The notes below the pieces were generated by a model. The model was not told the DNA's origin. It was given only the letters and a program-made list of their open reading frames with translations, and did not search any database. From a virus (lineage: Duplodnaviria; Caudoviricetes): 51,208 nucleotides of DNA. Shown piece after piece: positions 18,181 through 27,508 of the stretch. The DNA lies in the IMG/VR virus record IMGVR_UViG_3300033418_000003, positions 1 to 51,208 of that record; one strand, written 5' to 3'. Both the position numbers and the translations under genes were made by a program. Position 1 is the first letter of the stretch. Each line of letters starts with the position of its first letter.

Positions 18181-18812
18181 TTGCCAACCCACGACGCCGG
18201 TAGTGCGCATAGCACCGGCTTGACCTGGTACATTGCCCGCAAAAATGCCAGGCGCGGCTCGGGATGGCGTTGCAATTCGTCGGCGTACAGTTTCAGCAGA
18301 TCGCGGGTGGTAGTACAGTCACGCACAAACAGCGCCCGCACATCATAGAATGGTACGCGCAAATCGTGGATAATTTCAGCGGTAAGCGTGCGTCCGGCAT
18401 CGTCGCCGATGTCGCGCGCAAGCAGACGATAGGAAGCCAGCGGTGCGGCGACTTGCCAACCGTGGGCGAGGCGGTCAAAACCTACCGGTATCAGGTCGGC
18501 GCGCAGCCGGGCGGCGGTGTCCCAGAACAGCGTGCGCGGCCAGCGCGCGTCATTGGCTATTTCCGACGAAATGTTGTTGACGATAGAGCGCACGGATTCC
18601 AGGCTGCCGGTTACGGCAATGCCGCAATCATCCAGGCTATACACAGACGACAAGGTAAACTCGCACGGTATCTCAATTTTGCCTTCAGCGAGAAGCGCGC
18701 GAAGTTCCTGGTTGCGTACCCTGAAAATATCGCCGGGCGTGTACGATTTCAGAATGCCGTGTTCATCCATTGCCCGAACGATTGTTTTTGCTTTAACCAA
18801 ATGAGTAGCCAT
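18177..18812 (-). CDS. Degenerate GT-A-like protein with small N-terminal head-module domain
   Basis: RLAFLRAMYQVKPVLCALPASW aligns with DQGALLRALDKAPVKLWLLSLDW of the neighbour; DxD replaced by WDTA. Confidence 0.6.
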   Translation of the reverse strand: MATHLVKAKTIVRAMDEHGILKSYTPGDIFRVRNQELRALLAEGKIEIPCEFTLSSVYSLDDCGIAVTGSLESVRSIVNNISSEIANDARWPRTLFWDTAARLRADLIPVGFDRLAHGWQVAAPLASYRLLARDIGDDAGRTLTAEIIHDLRVPFYDVRALFVRDCTTTRDLLKLYADELQRHPEPRLAFLRAMYQVKPVLCALPASWVGK

Positions 18813-18825
18813 AATAATTCCTGTA

Positions 18826-18846
18826 GGGGCGGGAGTTACCCCGCCC
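18826..18846 (-). terminator. GC-rich hairpin after capsid/decoration genes
   Basis: GGGGCGGG-AGTTA-CCCGCCCC, 8-bp stem; no clear U-tract. Confidence 0.5.
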
Positions 18847-18855
18847 CCGGTCGTA

Positions 18856-19317
18856 TTAGTCTACGATCTCAGTCCAGTTGGTCGTCGGAGTGGGCTTGTA
18901 GCGGGCGATACACCCATACAGCACACCCGCAGCGGCCACGGTATTGACGGCGACAACGAGTTGCGCGGCGATGAAATCAAACCCGCCGTCAACGTCAAGC
19001 TCCTCGGTTTGCAGCTCAATGCGCAACAGCTCGTTACCATCGCCGCCTGCCTGGGTAAGCTGAGTGATCGCCTTGTTACCAGTTCCGGCTTTGTTGGCGA
19101 TAACCTTCGCGTTGGTACCCAGGGCGTCTTGCGCCTGGAGCAGTTGGCAATTGAGCGTCGCACCGGCGGCCATCGTTCCTACCAGGATGTCCAGGTGAGC
19201 GCGATGGTAGCCAGACAGGGAAACATAGGGCGTTACGGTCGTGCCGATCTGCACCGTGCTCGGCTGCTCAAACGCCAGTGGTACCTCTAACTCGTAGCTT
19301 CCAGCAGTGTAACTCAT
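18856..19317 (-). CDS. Capsid decoration/cement protein
   Basis: 153 aa beta-rich, directly after major capsid, strong AGGAGG RBS. Confidence 0.65.
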   Translation of the reverse strand: MSYTAGSYELEVPLAFEQPSTVQIGTTVTPYVSLSGYHRAHLDILVGTMAAGATLNCQLLQAQDALGTNAKVIANKAGTGNKAITQLTQAGGDGNELLRIELQTEELDVDGGFDFIAAQLVVAVNTVAAAGVLYGCIARYKPTPTTNWTEIVD

Positions 19318-19332
19318 ATCATAGCCTCCTGT

Positions 19333-20646
19333 TTAACTGGCACCAGCGCCGAGAATAACGAACGGCGAAACCTGAGTCGTGCCGTCCTGATAGGTCAGCG
19401 GTTGAGACAGCCACGGCTGCCCATCTACCCGGTGAACCGCGCGCCAGCTCGTTTCATCGTAGCGCCAGCGGTCAAACTGCGTGCTCGAAATCGTTGTAGC
19501 TTCGCGGTCGCCAAGCAGGTAATAGCGGAAGTCGTACAGACCGATGGAGCCGAGATTCCCGGCCAGTGGCACCTTCTCCGACCAGATTACCGGCATACCC
19601 ATCAAGGTACCGGGAACGCCGTCGCGGGCGTTAGGCTGCCAGAAGTAGGACGGGTTTCCGGCCGGGCCGGCGAGTTGAATCAGGTTCGACATATACGACT
19701 GGCTGATAACCCACACCGCGTTACCCATCGAAGACGGCAACAAGTTTTCCACCATATTCGCAATGTCGCCGACGCTCAACGTAGCGCCGGTAGGCGGAAC
19801 AACGATGGTGGCGGGAGCAGGAATGACACCAAGCGGCTGACCTGCGCCGGTACCATTCAGGAAGGCGTAGTCTTCCATCCAGGCGATACCACCGGCCATA
19901 CCCATTGGGCCGCTCAGGAAGTCGGACAACGAAATGACGCTATCCGACACCAGCTCATCGGCGGCGCGGGTGTAGCCGATCAGCTTGTGGGCCACCAATT
20001 CAACCTGGCGGAATTGGGCATCGGTCTCAGTTTTTAGTCCGGCTTCCTTCTCCCAGTAGAACTGCATCCCGCCGAACCAATGCGGGAGGCCTGTGGTGGT
20101 CTGGGTTTGATCGAGCACCGGGATTTGAATGGCGCGCCGGCGCATACGAATGACGGTCGCGCGGTTCCTCACGATGGACGTTTCCGCCATCACGCTGCGC
20201 ATCGTTGCGTCAAACTCAGTCGGGACGGTGAACCCGCCGTCAGCACCGATGGCCTCGGTCATGTCCTTGCGCTCTCCCGACACAACCTCGTCGCGGAAGC
20301 GCACCAAGCGCGGATCGTTGCGCCGAACGCTGGCGTCTTTGTGTTGAGCGCGCCAGATAGCCGACAGGTATTCCGACCAGTCGGCAAACTTTGCCTTGCT
20401 CCCTCCTGGGATTTTGTCAACGTCCTGTCCCTGGTTGGATTCGGCTTCACCGGCCAAATTGCGCGCAGCTTCCATAACGTCGCTCAGTTTAGCAGCGCGG
20501 GCTTGCAGGCTCTTGGCTTCGTCAATCATCTTGCCAGCGTTGGCAAGTTCCTCGGCGCTGGCTTCAGGCTTTTCGATGACGGCTTTCGCCTCATTAAAAA
20601 GCGCCTTCGCCTTGCCGATTAAGTCAATCTGACTCATCGCGGACAT
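19333..20646 (-). CDS. Major capsid protein (HK97 fold)
   Basis: N-terminal coiled-coil delta domain; DGGFTVP, AFLNGTGAGQPLGV, TLMGMPV, RVDGQP motifs. Confidence 0.97.
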   Translation of the reverse strand: MSAMSQIDLIGKAKALFNEAKAVIEKPEASAEELANAGKMIDEAKSLQARAAKLSDVMEAARNLAGEAESNQGQDVDKIPGGSKAKFADWSEYLSAIWRAQHKDASVRRNDPRLVRFRDEVVSGERKDMTEAIGADGGFTVPTEFDATMRSVMAETSIVRNRATVIRMRRRAIQIPVLDQTQTTTGLPHWFGGMQFYWEKEAGLKTETDAQFRQVELVAHKLIGYTRAADELVSDSVISLSDFLSGPMGMAGGIAWMEDYAFLNGTGAGQPLGVIPAPATIVVPPTGATLSVGDIANMVENLLPSSMGNAVWVISQSYMSNLIQLAGPAGNPSYFWQPNARDGVPGTLMGMPVIWSEKVPLAGNLGSIGLYDFRYYLLGDREATTISSTQFDRWRYDETSWRAVHRVDGQPWLSQPLTYQDGTTQVSPFVILGAGAS

Positions 20647-21932
20647 TATGCACCTCCTAAGTGCTCGTACAGGTTTATCTCAGCTAACAGCCGCGCGCGT
20701 TCCGCTTGGGTGGGTACTGTTGACAGTGGCCCGGCCCCGGTAGTTTCTGCGGTAGAATCGCGGCCCGCTTTTTGTGCGGGCGCGGTATCTGCATTTTTCG
20801 GCTTGCGCGTTCCGCAGGCCATCTCTTCATCGGGCGGCATATCCTCTGCGGGCATCTCCTCATCATCACCGCCGATCCCGGCAGATTCGAGCAAGCCCTC
20901 CAGCGCCTCCGCTGCGTTCTTGAGATTATCAAGCGCCGCCATAATGCGCGCGCCGTTCGCTTTGCTGATGACGCGCCCGGATTTTACAATGAGGTTATAG
21001 TCTTTAACGATGGTTGCGCTGCAAGTAGCGATGCGCTCTCTTTCTCCACCGTCACCAGATTGCACTGAGTATCCAACAAACCCGCCCTTCGCCATATCCC
21101 ACGGCGCAACGATGCTCTCATCCTCAAACGCGCGCCGCATATCCGCGTAGTACTGCGAAACAACGCCACGAATTCGCGCCTTGTCAGCGTCGGGAATGTC
21201 GGCAGAGTCAAGGCGCTGCGCGACGGCAAAGACAGCGCGTGGCACCATCGTCAGTTCGCCGTCTACCACGTCAGCGAATTGCAGTTTGTAGCTGCCGAAT
21301 TGGTCAGCGGCTTCGGCGTCGTGCCACAGGAAAGCACTCGCATATTTGGCGTTCGGAGCTTCGGCGGCACCAGCCCAATCGCGGACGCGGGCGTTTGCGG
21401 CGGGCGCATCCCACGGTCGGGCGCGGTCGGCTATGGGTAAAGCGCGGTGCGGCGTTACCATTTTCAAAGCCGTGACGCCGGCTTCCTCGTTCATCGGGAA
21501 CGTCACCAGTGACAGCTCCCACAGTTTCAACTCGCGCAGGTTGCGGATCGGGTCGCCGTTTGAACCCTGGCTGTAATCTGTCCCGCCCTTTACCGCGTCA
21601 TAGCCGATGGACATACCGCCGATAGCGCCATCGCGTAACAGCGCCAAAGCATCACGCCCGCGCGCCGTGTCGCTGATAGTCGCCTTGACGAATAGCCCTG
21701 AGGCGTCTTCGCGCAATTCAGTGACGCGGCCCAGCGGCTCGTGTTGGTCGTGCTGCCACAGGAATTTCACTTTGTGGCCGCGCTCGGCTAACGTCTTGGC
21801 AAAAGCGCCTGGATGGATGATGTCGCCGCCCTGATCCAGATTGCCGAATACCGCCGCGTAGCCCTCGATGGTGCGCCCGGTTGGATCGAGCGCGTTCAGT
21901 TTGAATTCAAAAGATTTGTACTCTCGGTTCAT
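20646..21932 (-). CDS. HK97-family prohead protease with C-terminal extension
   Basis: IEGYAAVFGNLD, LWQHD, GMSIGY, LWELSLVTFPMN. Start ATG 21932 (GGAGG RBS). Confidence 0.95.
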   Translation of the reverse strand: MNREYKSFEFKLNALDPTGRTIEGYAAVFGNLDQGGDIIHPGAFAKTLAERGHKVKFLWQHDQHEPLGRVTELREDASGLFVKATISDTARGRDALALLRDGAIGGMSIGYDAVKGGTDYSQGSNGDPIRNLRELKLWELSLVTFPMNEEAGVTALKMVTPHRALPIADRARPWDAPAANARVRDWAGAAEAPNAKYASAFLWHDAEAADQFGSYKLQFADVVDGELTMVPRAVFAVAQRLDSADIPDADKARIRGVVSQYYADMRRAFEDESIVAPWDMAKGGFVGYSVQSGDGGERERIATCSATIVKDYNLIVKSGRVISKANGARIMAALDNLKNAAEALEGLLESAGIGGDDEEMPAEDMPPDEEMACGTRKPKNADTAPAQKAGRDSTAETTGAGPLSTVPTQAERARLLAEINLYEHLGGA

Positions 21933-21940
21933 TATCCCTC

Positions 21941-21975
21941 CAAACAAAAACGGCGTGAAGAAATTCACGCCGTTT
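21941..21975 (-). terminator. Intrinsic terminator-like hairpin just upstream of the protease RBS
   Basis: AAACGGCGTGAA-GAAA-TTCACGCCGTTT 12-bp stem, followed by TTGTTT on the minus strand. Confidence 0.65.
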
Positions 21976-22019
21976 GCGTCTTGTTGGTTTGCGCCGTTTG
22001 CGCTTGGTTTTGTGCTGCG

Positions 22020-22256
22020 CTATTTCTTATGATTGCGGTTCATAAATTCTGTATCAATTGCGTCAATCATTTCAAGTGATAGCTTTTTCCTCATCTCTGC
22101 CAGGCTATACCACACTTGCTTACCCCGATGGTACAGGCAGAACACGCCCGCCTCAATGTCTACCAGGCCCATAAAGTGGCCGTCAACTTCCAGGCGTTGC
22201 CATTGCTTGCCCATCTCGATCGGTAACATTTTGTCATTGGGTTGCGGTTGTGTCAT
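22020..22256 (-). CDS. Hypothetical protein
   Basis: 78 aa, coupled to upstream gene by ATGA. Confidence 0.65.
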   Translation of the reverse strand: MTQPQPNDKMLPIEMGKQWQRLEVDGHFMGLVDIEAGVFCLYHRGKQVWYSLAEMRKKLSLEMIDAIDTEFMNRNHKK

Positions 22257-22441
22257 TTCGTCTCACTTGGCCCAACGCCGCGCGTTTTCAGCACGAACGC
22301 AGCGCCGCACTTGTCGCACGTAATCACGCCGTCACTCAATTGCGTCAGCGTTTCGTGGCACACTGGGCATACAACGGTTACGGTGTACACCGGGCGCTCT
22401 ACAAGTATGCCATCATAGGTAATAGTGCGGGCTTCGCTCAT
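22253..22441 (-). CDS. Small zinc-ribbon protein
   Basis: CPVC...CDKC; GAGGAAGG RBS. Confidence 0.7.
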   Translation of the reverse strand: MSEARTITYDGILVERPVYTVTVVCPVCHETLTQLSDGVITCDKCGAAFVLKTRGVGPSETK

Positions 22442-22710
22442 ATAATTCCTTCCTCGTCAAACAAATAGTTTACTATGGCGCTCACAACCCGATGTTTTAT
22501 TAACGGCAGATGCTTGAAAATATCTATTTTGCTAATGTCGCTATCTCCGAAATTGTACGTAAGCCTTACTCCGCTTACGTGGTAGAAATATGCTACGAAT
22601 CCGTATTCTCTCAACAGAATACCGACAAACTCAGGGAATTTTTCACGTAGCACATTTTCTATGTCGTTAATTGTCAGAGTTGGCTTCAAATTGCCCGTGA
22701 TATTTTGCAT
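22438..22710 (-). CDS. Hypothetical protein (AT-rich)
   Basis: GAGG RBS before ATG 22710; visibly lower GC than flanks. Confidence 0.6.
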   Translation of the reverse strand: MQNITGNLKPTLTINDIENVLREKFPEFVGILLREYGFVAYFYHVSGVRLTYNFGDSDISKIDIFKHLPLIKHRVVSAIVNYLFDEEGII

Positions 22711-22996
22711 CGAATTCCTCAATTCTCAAAACGTCGCTAACCGCGACGGTGTTAAATTCCTCAGAGTACCCGAACCGCACATCCCAACCGCGTAGGCGAT
22801 GCCAGAACAAATCTAGGATAAACTGCTGCGGGCCTTTCGCCGTCTGTACCGTGAACGCTGAAACGTGCGCCTCGGATGGCTCGATGATGGTATTATCAGG
22901 CGTTGCTTCGGCGGCGTGAAAGTATTTGACGGCGCGCCGCAGCGCTTCCCATTGTTCGGGCGTTAGTTCACGGTTGTTGCTCGTTGTCGCGTTCAT
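22667..22996 (-). CDS. Hypothetical protein, probably leaderless
   Basis: ATG 22996 lies 7 nt after TATAAT. Confidence 0.55.
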   Translation of the reverse strand: MNATTSNNRELTPEQWEALRRAVKYFHAAEATPDNTIIEPSEAHVSAFTVQTAKGPQQFILDLFWHRLRGWDVRFGYSEEFNTVAVSDVLRIEEFDAKYHGQFEANSDN

Positions 22997-23002
22997 ACAA
23001 TC

Positions 23003-23026
23003 CATTATACACCCGTTTTTATTCCG
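23003..23026 (-). promoter_or_regulatory. Putative late promoter copy 1
   Basis: CGGAATAAAAACGGGTGTATAATG; 23/24 identical to 31852-31875. Confidence 0.75.
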
Positions 23027-25172
23027 GGAATATCGCCAACGACTGGCACCGGCATTGAATGACATTATCAAGCCGCCCTGCCGGATCGCCGGGATACATC
23101 AACGCCTGACCACCAACGCCGTATGGCTCGTTGATTGGGCGTTGTTGCCCAGCGGCGGCGCTGTGGGCGTCGCGTGTGCGGGCGTCTTGTGTTGCTAACC
23201 ATTCCTTCATCGGCGCGCCCCAATCAACATACAGCGCTTGCGCCCCGGCGTTGCTTGCCCTTAGCGTTTGGTCGCGGGCTATCAACTCGCGGCGGTGCGG
23301 TGGAATTCGTTCACCGGCGAACGCGGCGGCGTCGCCGTTGCCGTTCATCCACTGTTGAAACAGGATTCCCATTTGCTTTTCCATTTCCGGCACCGACCAG
23401 CCCTCGGCTTGCCCTTTGGCCAGCAGCGCCTTGAGTTCATCGGCGCTCGTCGTGCTGATTTCGTCAGAGAAGGTCATCACGTAATCCTGAAACCATTCTT
23501 CGGCAGGCAGGTTGCGCACGTCGAATTCCATCCCATATTCGTCATTGAGCGCAACGCCATTTTCCATCACGGTTTTAGCGAATACCGGCGCGAAGATTTC
23601 ACGCCATTTTCCCTGGCTGTCCGTGCCGATGTAATCCAACACCGACAGCATAACCGGTTGCCAGTCAACCGTCTGCTTTAGGCGATATGCTTTTTCGCGG
23701 GCTTCAGCAACGCGCGCCATCACATTACGCCGGTCATACTCGAATGCCTCATTAGCGGCGGAGGCGTATTCCGGTTCAAACTCCTGCGCTTTCTTGTCGA
23801 ATTTATACCAGTGTAGAGCCTTCTGTTCATTGCTAAATGCGCGGCCCTTGCGTTGTCTCGGCGCGCGCGCCTTCGTTGTCGCTTCGGCGGTTTCCTCATC
23901 GCTGGCAGCGGCGGCCCCGGTTTCGCTCGTTGGTTGCGGCGCTTCTCCCGCTGGCAGGTATTGGTTAGACAACGATAGTTTCAGCACATCGCCGCCGGGA
24001 AGCGGAGGCAATGCCAGTGCTGCGCGCGCCTCGTTGCGCAGCACCGCTCCGCCATCCCAACCCGCTAAATAGATCGCGGCGCGCCGCATTCGCACTTCAA
24101 TGAGCGCCGGTACCTGTGAATAGTCATAAGCGCAAAATGAGCCGTCATCGCCGCGCAGGTAGTATTGATACTCTGTGTCGCTCATATTCATTTCTGGAAG
24201 CATCGTGTCTTGCCAGAACATCTCGCGGTCGCTCTGTTTGTTATTGTAGGTTGACGCTACCATTTGCGGGCGCGATTCGATGAGCGTCAACGGCACGCCC
24301 AGCACCATTGCGGCGCGGCCCTCGTTGCGCGCGTCCAGGATGGTCATATCTAATTCCTGCAGCGTTGCTCCTACGCGCTGGTAGGTAGCGCCTGCACCTA
24401 ATACCACGGTATCGCTCCAATTCTTGTGGCCGCCGTAAGTGTCGTGCCAGCGGTCTTTCAGCATATCGGCGGTGTCGTTGTCTATTTGCTGCTCGGTTGT
24501 GATAAGTCCGAGTGGCATAGCGCCATTGTCGAAAAACATCTTGAGGAATGCCGTCGCCGCGTTGTCAACGTCAATGGATTGCGCTGCAGGCCAGATCGGA
24601 GACATACCCGGACCGAACCCGGCGTATGGATCGCCAGGGTCTGGCAGCTTTACGTGCATCATCATATCGGATAGTATCGGCGTTCCGTCGGCAATCGAGC
24701 CGCCGGTGGGACAGTACAAATATCCGGCAAGATCACCGTTGTCGTATACGTGCCGTACATAGTCAGGGCGCAATGGATAGGCTACAATGTCGGTGGATGT
24801 TTTTATGAATACGGTGTAAGAGTTACCAAATAGGTTCAGATATACACTGTTGAGCATCGCCATCTCGGAAAACGACATGCGCGGGTTAGGGCGGTCGCAA
24901 AATCGCGCCAACGGGTGAGCAGAGTCAAGCGGTTGCGGTTCGGCGCGCGTCCCGGTGTAGGCAACAAGCGGCACCGACTGCGCACAACGCGCCTTGTACA
25001 TTATCGCCGCATAAAGCACGGCATAGCGTTGGAAGCCATCGCGTACCAGCGCCTCCTGGCTCGTCGTTGACCACATCGCCGCATTGTCATAGGCAGCGCC
25101 CCACAGTCGAATGGATGTTAGCTTGCGCGGGAAACGCACCAGCGCTTGTTTAACCTGTTGAAAAATGTTCAT
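23019..25172 (-). CDS. HK97-type portal fused to MuF/gp7-like head morphogenesis domain
   Basis: LNLFGNSY, YPLRPD, GMSPI, FFDNGAMP portal motifs; C-terminal KEWLATQDARTRDAH...YPGDP...NVIQCRC MuF motifs. Start ATG 25172. Confidence 0.92.
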   Translation of the reverse strand: MNIFQQVKQALVRFPRKLTSIRLWGAAYDNAAMWSTTSQEALVRDGFQRYAVLYAAIMYKARCAQSVPLVAYTGTRAEPQPLDSAHPLARFCDRPNPRMSFSEMAMLNSVYLNLFGNSYTVFIKTSTDIVAYPLRPDYVRHVYDNGDLAGYLYCPTGGSIADGTPILSDMMMHVKLPDPGDPYAGFGPGMSPIWPAAQSIDVDNAATAFLKMFFDNGAMPLGLITTEQQIDNDTADMLKDRWHDTYGGHKNWSDTVVLGAGATYQRVGATLQELDMTILDARNEGRAAMVLGVPLTLIESRPQMVASTYNNKQSDREMFWQDTMLPEMNMSDTEYQYYLRGDDGSFCAYDYSQVPALIEVRMRRAAIYLAGWDGGAVLRNEARAALALPPLPGGDVLKLSLSNQYLPAGEAPQPTSETGAAAASDEETAEATTKARAPRQRKGRAFSNEQKALHWYKFDKKAQEFEPEYASAANEAFEYDRRNVMARVAEAREKAYRLKQTVDWQPVMLSVLDYIGTDSQGKWREIFAPVFAKTVMENGVALNDEYGMEFDVRNLPAEEWFQDYVMTFSDEISTTSADELKALLAKGQAEGWSVPEMEKQMGILFQQWMNGNGDAAAFAGERIPPHRRELIARDQTLRASNAGAQALYVDWGAPMKEWLATQDARTRDAHSAAAGQQRPINEPYGVGGQALMYPGDPAGRLDNVIQCRCQSLAIFPE

Positions 25173-25183
25173 TTGTACCCCCG

Positions 25184-26365
25184 TTAAAATACCTGTATAC
25201 CCGCGCCCAAGCATAGCTCAGTCGCCGCCCATACCAGCGCATCCAGTCGGTTAGGGCTGGCGTCGCCTTGCTGCCATTGGCAAAGTTCATCCTCTAACAG
25301 CGCGAACGTGCCGACGTGATGCCCGCGCCCCTGCTCATAGATCGCGCTGATCGGCTCGGCTCTCACGGCCTTGCCCCGACTGGCGTGTACCAGCTTCACC
25401 GGTACACTTCGATCAACCGCGTGAATCGTGGTCGTCACCATCTCACCACCCTGGTTCGACTCGGCAATGATGGCGTCCGCCTTGAGTTTGTGGTAGAGCG
25501 TCACCGCCGCGCGCGCCCAAGCGTCGGGACTGCCTTGTAAGCTGGCGTCTTCCAGCGCGTACAGATGTTTCAGCTTCGCTTGTGTCGCCACGCCCGCGCC
25601 GATGATACCGCATTCGTCGCCGCCTGACGTTGCCGACGGGTCAACCGCGACGACAACTCGGGCCAGTTGCGGCGCTTCAAGAACGCGGGCATCGTCTATC
25701 CACTGTCGCCGCCACAGTGCGCCGGGGTTGTCGCTGAGGAAGTCGGCTTCGTATTCTTGCCTAAACACACGGCTTGACATTGTAAGGCGCGCCGCTTCGA
25801 TTTCTGCTTTGTCAATGAACGGGTTGTCGCTTGTTTTGAATGACCACGATTGCCAGTCTGGGAAGGCCGCGTCTTGTCCACGTAACCATAACTCTCTAAA
25901 AAAATTCACACCGTGCGGAGTGCTGATAAACAGCGCCCACCCGCGCCGATCTGACAACGCTGGGCGCAACGCCTCTTCCCACGCCTCACGGCGGGTGTAC
26001 GCGCATTCGTCAGTGATCACGCCGTCAAGCCCATCACCACGCAAGCTCTGCGGGTCATCGGCGCTTCTGACCTGGACCGTGCCTCCGCCGGGCATCGTCA
26101 CCATTCGCTCGGATTCGCTCTTGACAATGCCGGGTATTTGCGCTGTTAGCTGCTGTAAACCACGCCAACCAACCGCGCCCATTTTGTATGACGGCGCAAC
26201 CCACCAATAACGCCCGCCCTGCAATGCGCCGGCAACGCCCATCAGCGTTCCTAACCGTGTTTTGCCCCACCTCCTCCCGCAAGACAAAACCTTAAAGCGC
26301 GCCGGGTGTTGGTAAACTTCAAGCTGCCCAGGATGAAGCGGCGGCAGCGTAACGTCAATTCTCAT
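25184..26365 (-). CDS. terL: Terminase large subunit
   Basis: Walker A CGRRWGKT, Walker B VITDE, ISTP, nuclease VAVDP and PNRLDALVW. Confidence 0.97.
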   Translation of the reverse strand: MRIDVTLPPLHPGQLEVYQHPARFKVLSCGRRWGKTRLGTLMGVAGALQGGRYWWVAPSYKMGAVGWRGLQQLTAQIPGIVKSESERMVTMPGGGTVQVRSADDPQSLRGDGLDGVITDECAYTRREAWEEALRPALSDRRGWALFISTPHGVNFFRELWLRGQDAAFPDWQSWSFKTSDNPFIDKAEIEAARLTMSSRVFRQEYEADFLSDNPGALWRRQWIDDARVLEAPQLARVVVAVDPSATSGGDECGIIGAGVATQAKLKHLYALEDASLQGSPDAWARAAVTLYHKLKADAIIAESNQGGEMVTTTIHAVDRSVPVKLVHASRGKAVRAEPISAIYEQGRGHHVGTFALLEDELCQWQQGDASPNRLDALVWAATELCLGAGIQVF

Positions 26366-26705
26366 TTTGCTCAGGCCATTTCAGTGTGACGGTCAGCTTT
26401 TCGCCGTCGGTGGTGATGTCGTGCTCCTGTCGTGGCGGCCCGTCAATTTGCCCATACAGGAATTTGACGATTTCAAACCAACCGTGCTCACCAACACGCA
26501 ATGGATTATCGCGCCCTGGCAGCGTGGTCGTGCCGGTTGTCACCAACTCCCACAGCGCCCGCGCTACCACGGCATTGCCCGGCCGGCGCTTGCCGTCGGT
26601 GTCAGTGACGAGCGCGCGGCCACGGGCGCTTAGAATCTCAGTAAGCGCCCGCTTTCCCGGCGGTCTACCACGCGGGTTCCCTGACTGTCCCTTCTGAAAC
26701 GGCAT
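26355..26705 (-). CDS. Terminase small subunit-like protein
   Basis: PFQKGQSGNPRGRP N-terminal motif; immediately upstream of terL. Confidence 0.8.
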   Translation of the reverse strand: MPFQKGQSGNPRGRPPGKRALTEILSARGRALVTDTDGKRRPGNAVVARALWELVTTGTTTLPGRDNPLRVGEHGWFEIVKFLYGQIDGPPRQEHDITTDGEKLTVTLKWPEQNEN

Positions 26706-26877
26706 TATTCTCTACCTCAATCGTTACTCTCAGCACGGTCTGGCGCATTGTCAGCAAGTCAAGCGCGTTAGCCATTTCGTTTTCTGGTATGTCTAGCTGA
26801 ATGCGCATCCCGTCGCCGCTGCCATAGATTTTAATGGCGGTTTGAATCGGCGGAAATGACGCCAGAAACGTGGTCAT
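26665..26877 (-). CDS. Hypothetical protein
   Basis: 70 aa, coupled start. Confidence 0.65.
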   Translation of the reverse strand: MTTFLASFPPIQTAIKIYGSGDGMRIQLDIPENEMANALDLLTMRQTVLRVTIEVENNAVSEGTVREPAW

Positions 26878-26960
26878 TGTTCACCGCCGCCCGCGTCATC
26901 CAACAACAGCAGCACAATGATGCAGGCCAACACCACGATGAACAGCGCACTGTCAGTCAT
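26874..26960 (-). CDS. 28-aa transmembrane peptide (not in ORF track)
   Basis: MTDSALFIVVLACIIVLLLLDDAGGGEQ; fills the gap, ATGA coupling downstream. Confidence 0.55.
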   Translation of the reverse strand: MTDSALFIVVLACIIVLLLLDDAGGGEQ

Positions 26961-27126
26961 TTATACCCCACCAATTATCGCGCCGCCGCCATTCGCAGTT
27001 TTCACCGCGTAAAACATCACGCCAAAACGTTACCGCCAAATCGCGCGGCAATGTCATCCAATCGCGTAGGCCGTAATCGGCGAACCAATCAGCCAACGCG
27101 CTAACCCATAGCCAAAAGCATCTCAT
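26953..27126 (-). CDS. Trp-rich hypothetical protein
   Basis: ATGA-coupled start at 27126. Confidence 0.5.
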   Translation of the reverse strand: MRCFWLWVSALADWFADYGLRDWMTLPRDLAVTFWRDVLRGENCEWRRRDNWWGIND

Positions 27127-27344
27127 CTCGCCGCCTTCCGTCGCCACCAGAGCACGCCCGGCGCTTTCTCGCTGTATCCGTAGCGCTCGCCTGATACCAG
27201 GTTCACGTCCGACCAGCGCGCCTTGACGCTGTAGCCGAATGGCGTCACCACGAACGGCCCAAGCGCCTCACGGACTTCGGTGATGGTCGCCGGGTCAATG
27301 CCGAGGGACAGCGCCCCCGCGTGCTTTCGTGATTCGTCAGTCAT
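27123..27344 (-). CDS. Hypothetical protein
   Basis: ATGA-coupled start at 27344. Confidence 0.55.
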   Translation of the reverse strand: MTDESRKHAGALSLGIDPATITEVREALGPFVVTPFGYSVKARWSDVNLVSGERYGYSEKAPGVLWWRRKAAR

Positions 27345-27508
27345 TGCGCCCCCAATATTCGCAGCACTACCGGCACCCAAGAGAACGCGGCGACGGGTAC
27401 CAGAATAATGCCGTGCTCGTACTGCGTTACCTTGTAAACGCGCCCACAGCTACACGCCGCGAGAGCGCCGACTTGGCGGAGGCGTGCGTGGCAATGCGGG
27501 CAGGTCAT
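27341..27508 (-). CDS. Small zinc-ribbon protein
   Basis: MTCPHC...CSCG; ATGA coupling. Confidence 0.55.
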   Translation of the reverse strand: MTCPHCHARLRQVGALAACSCGRVYKVTQYEHGIILVPVAAFSWVPVVLRILGAQ

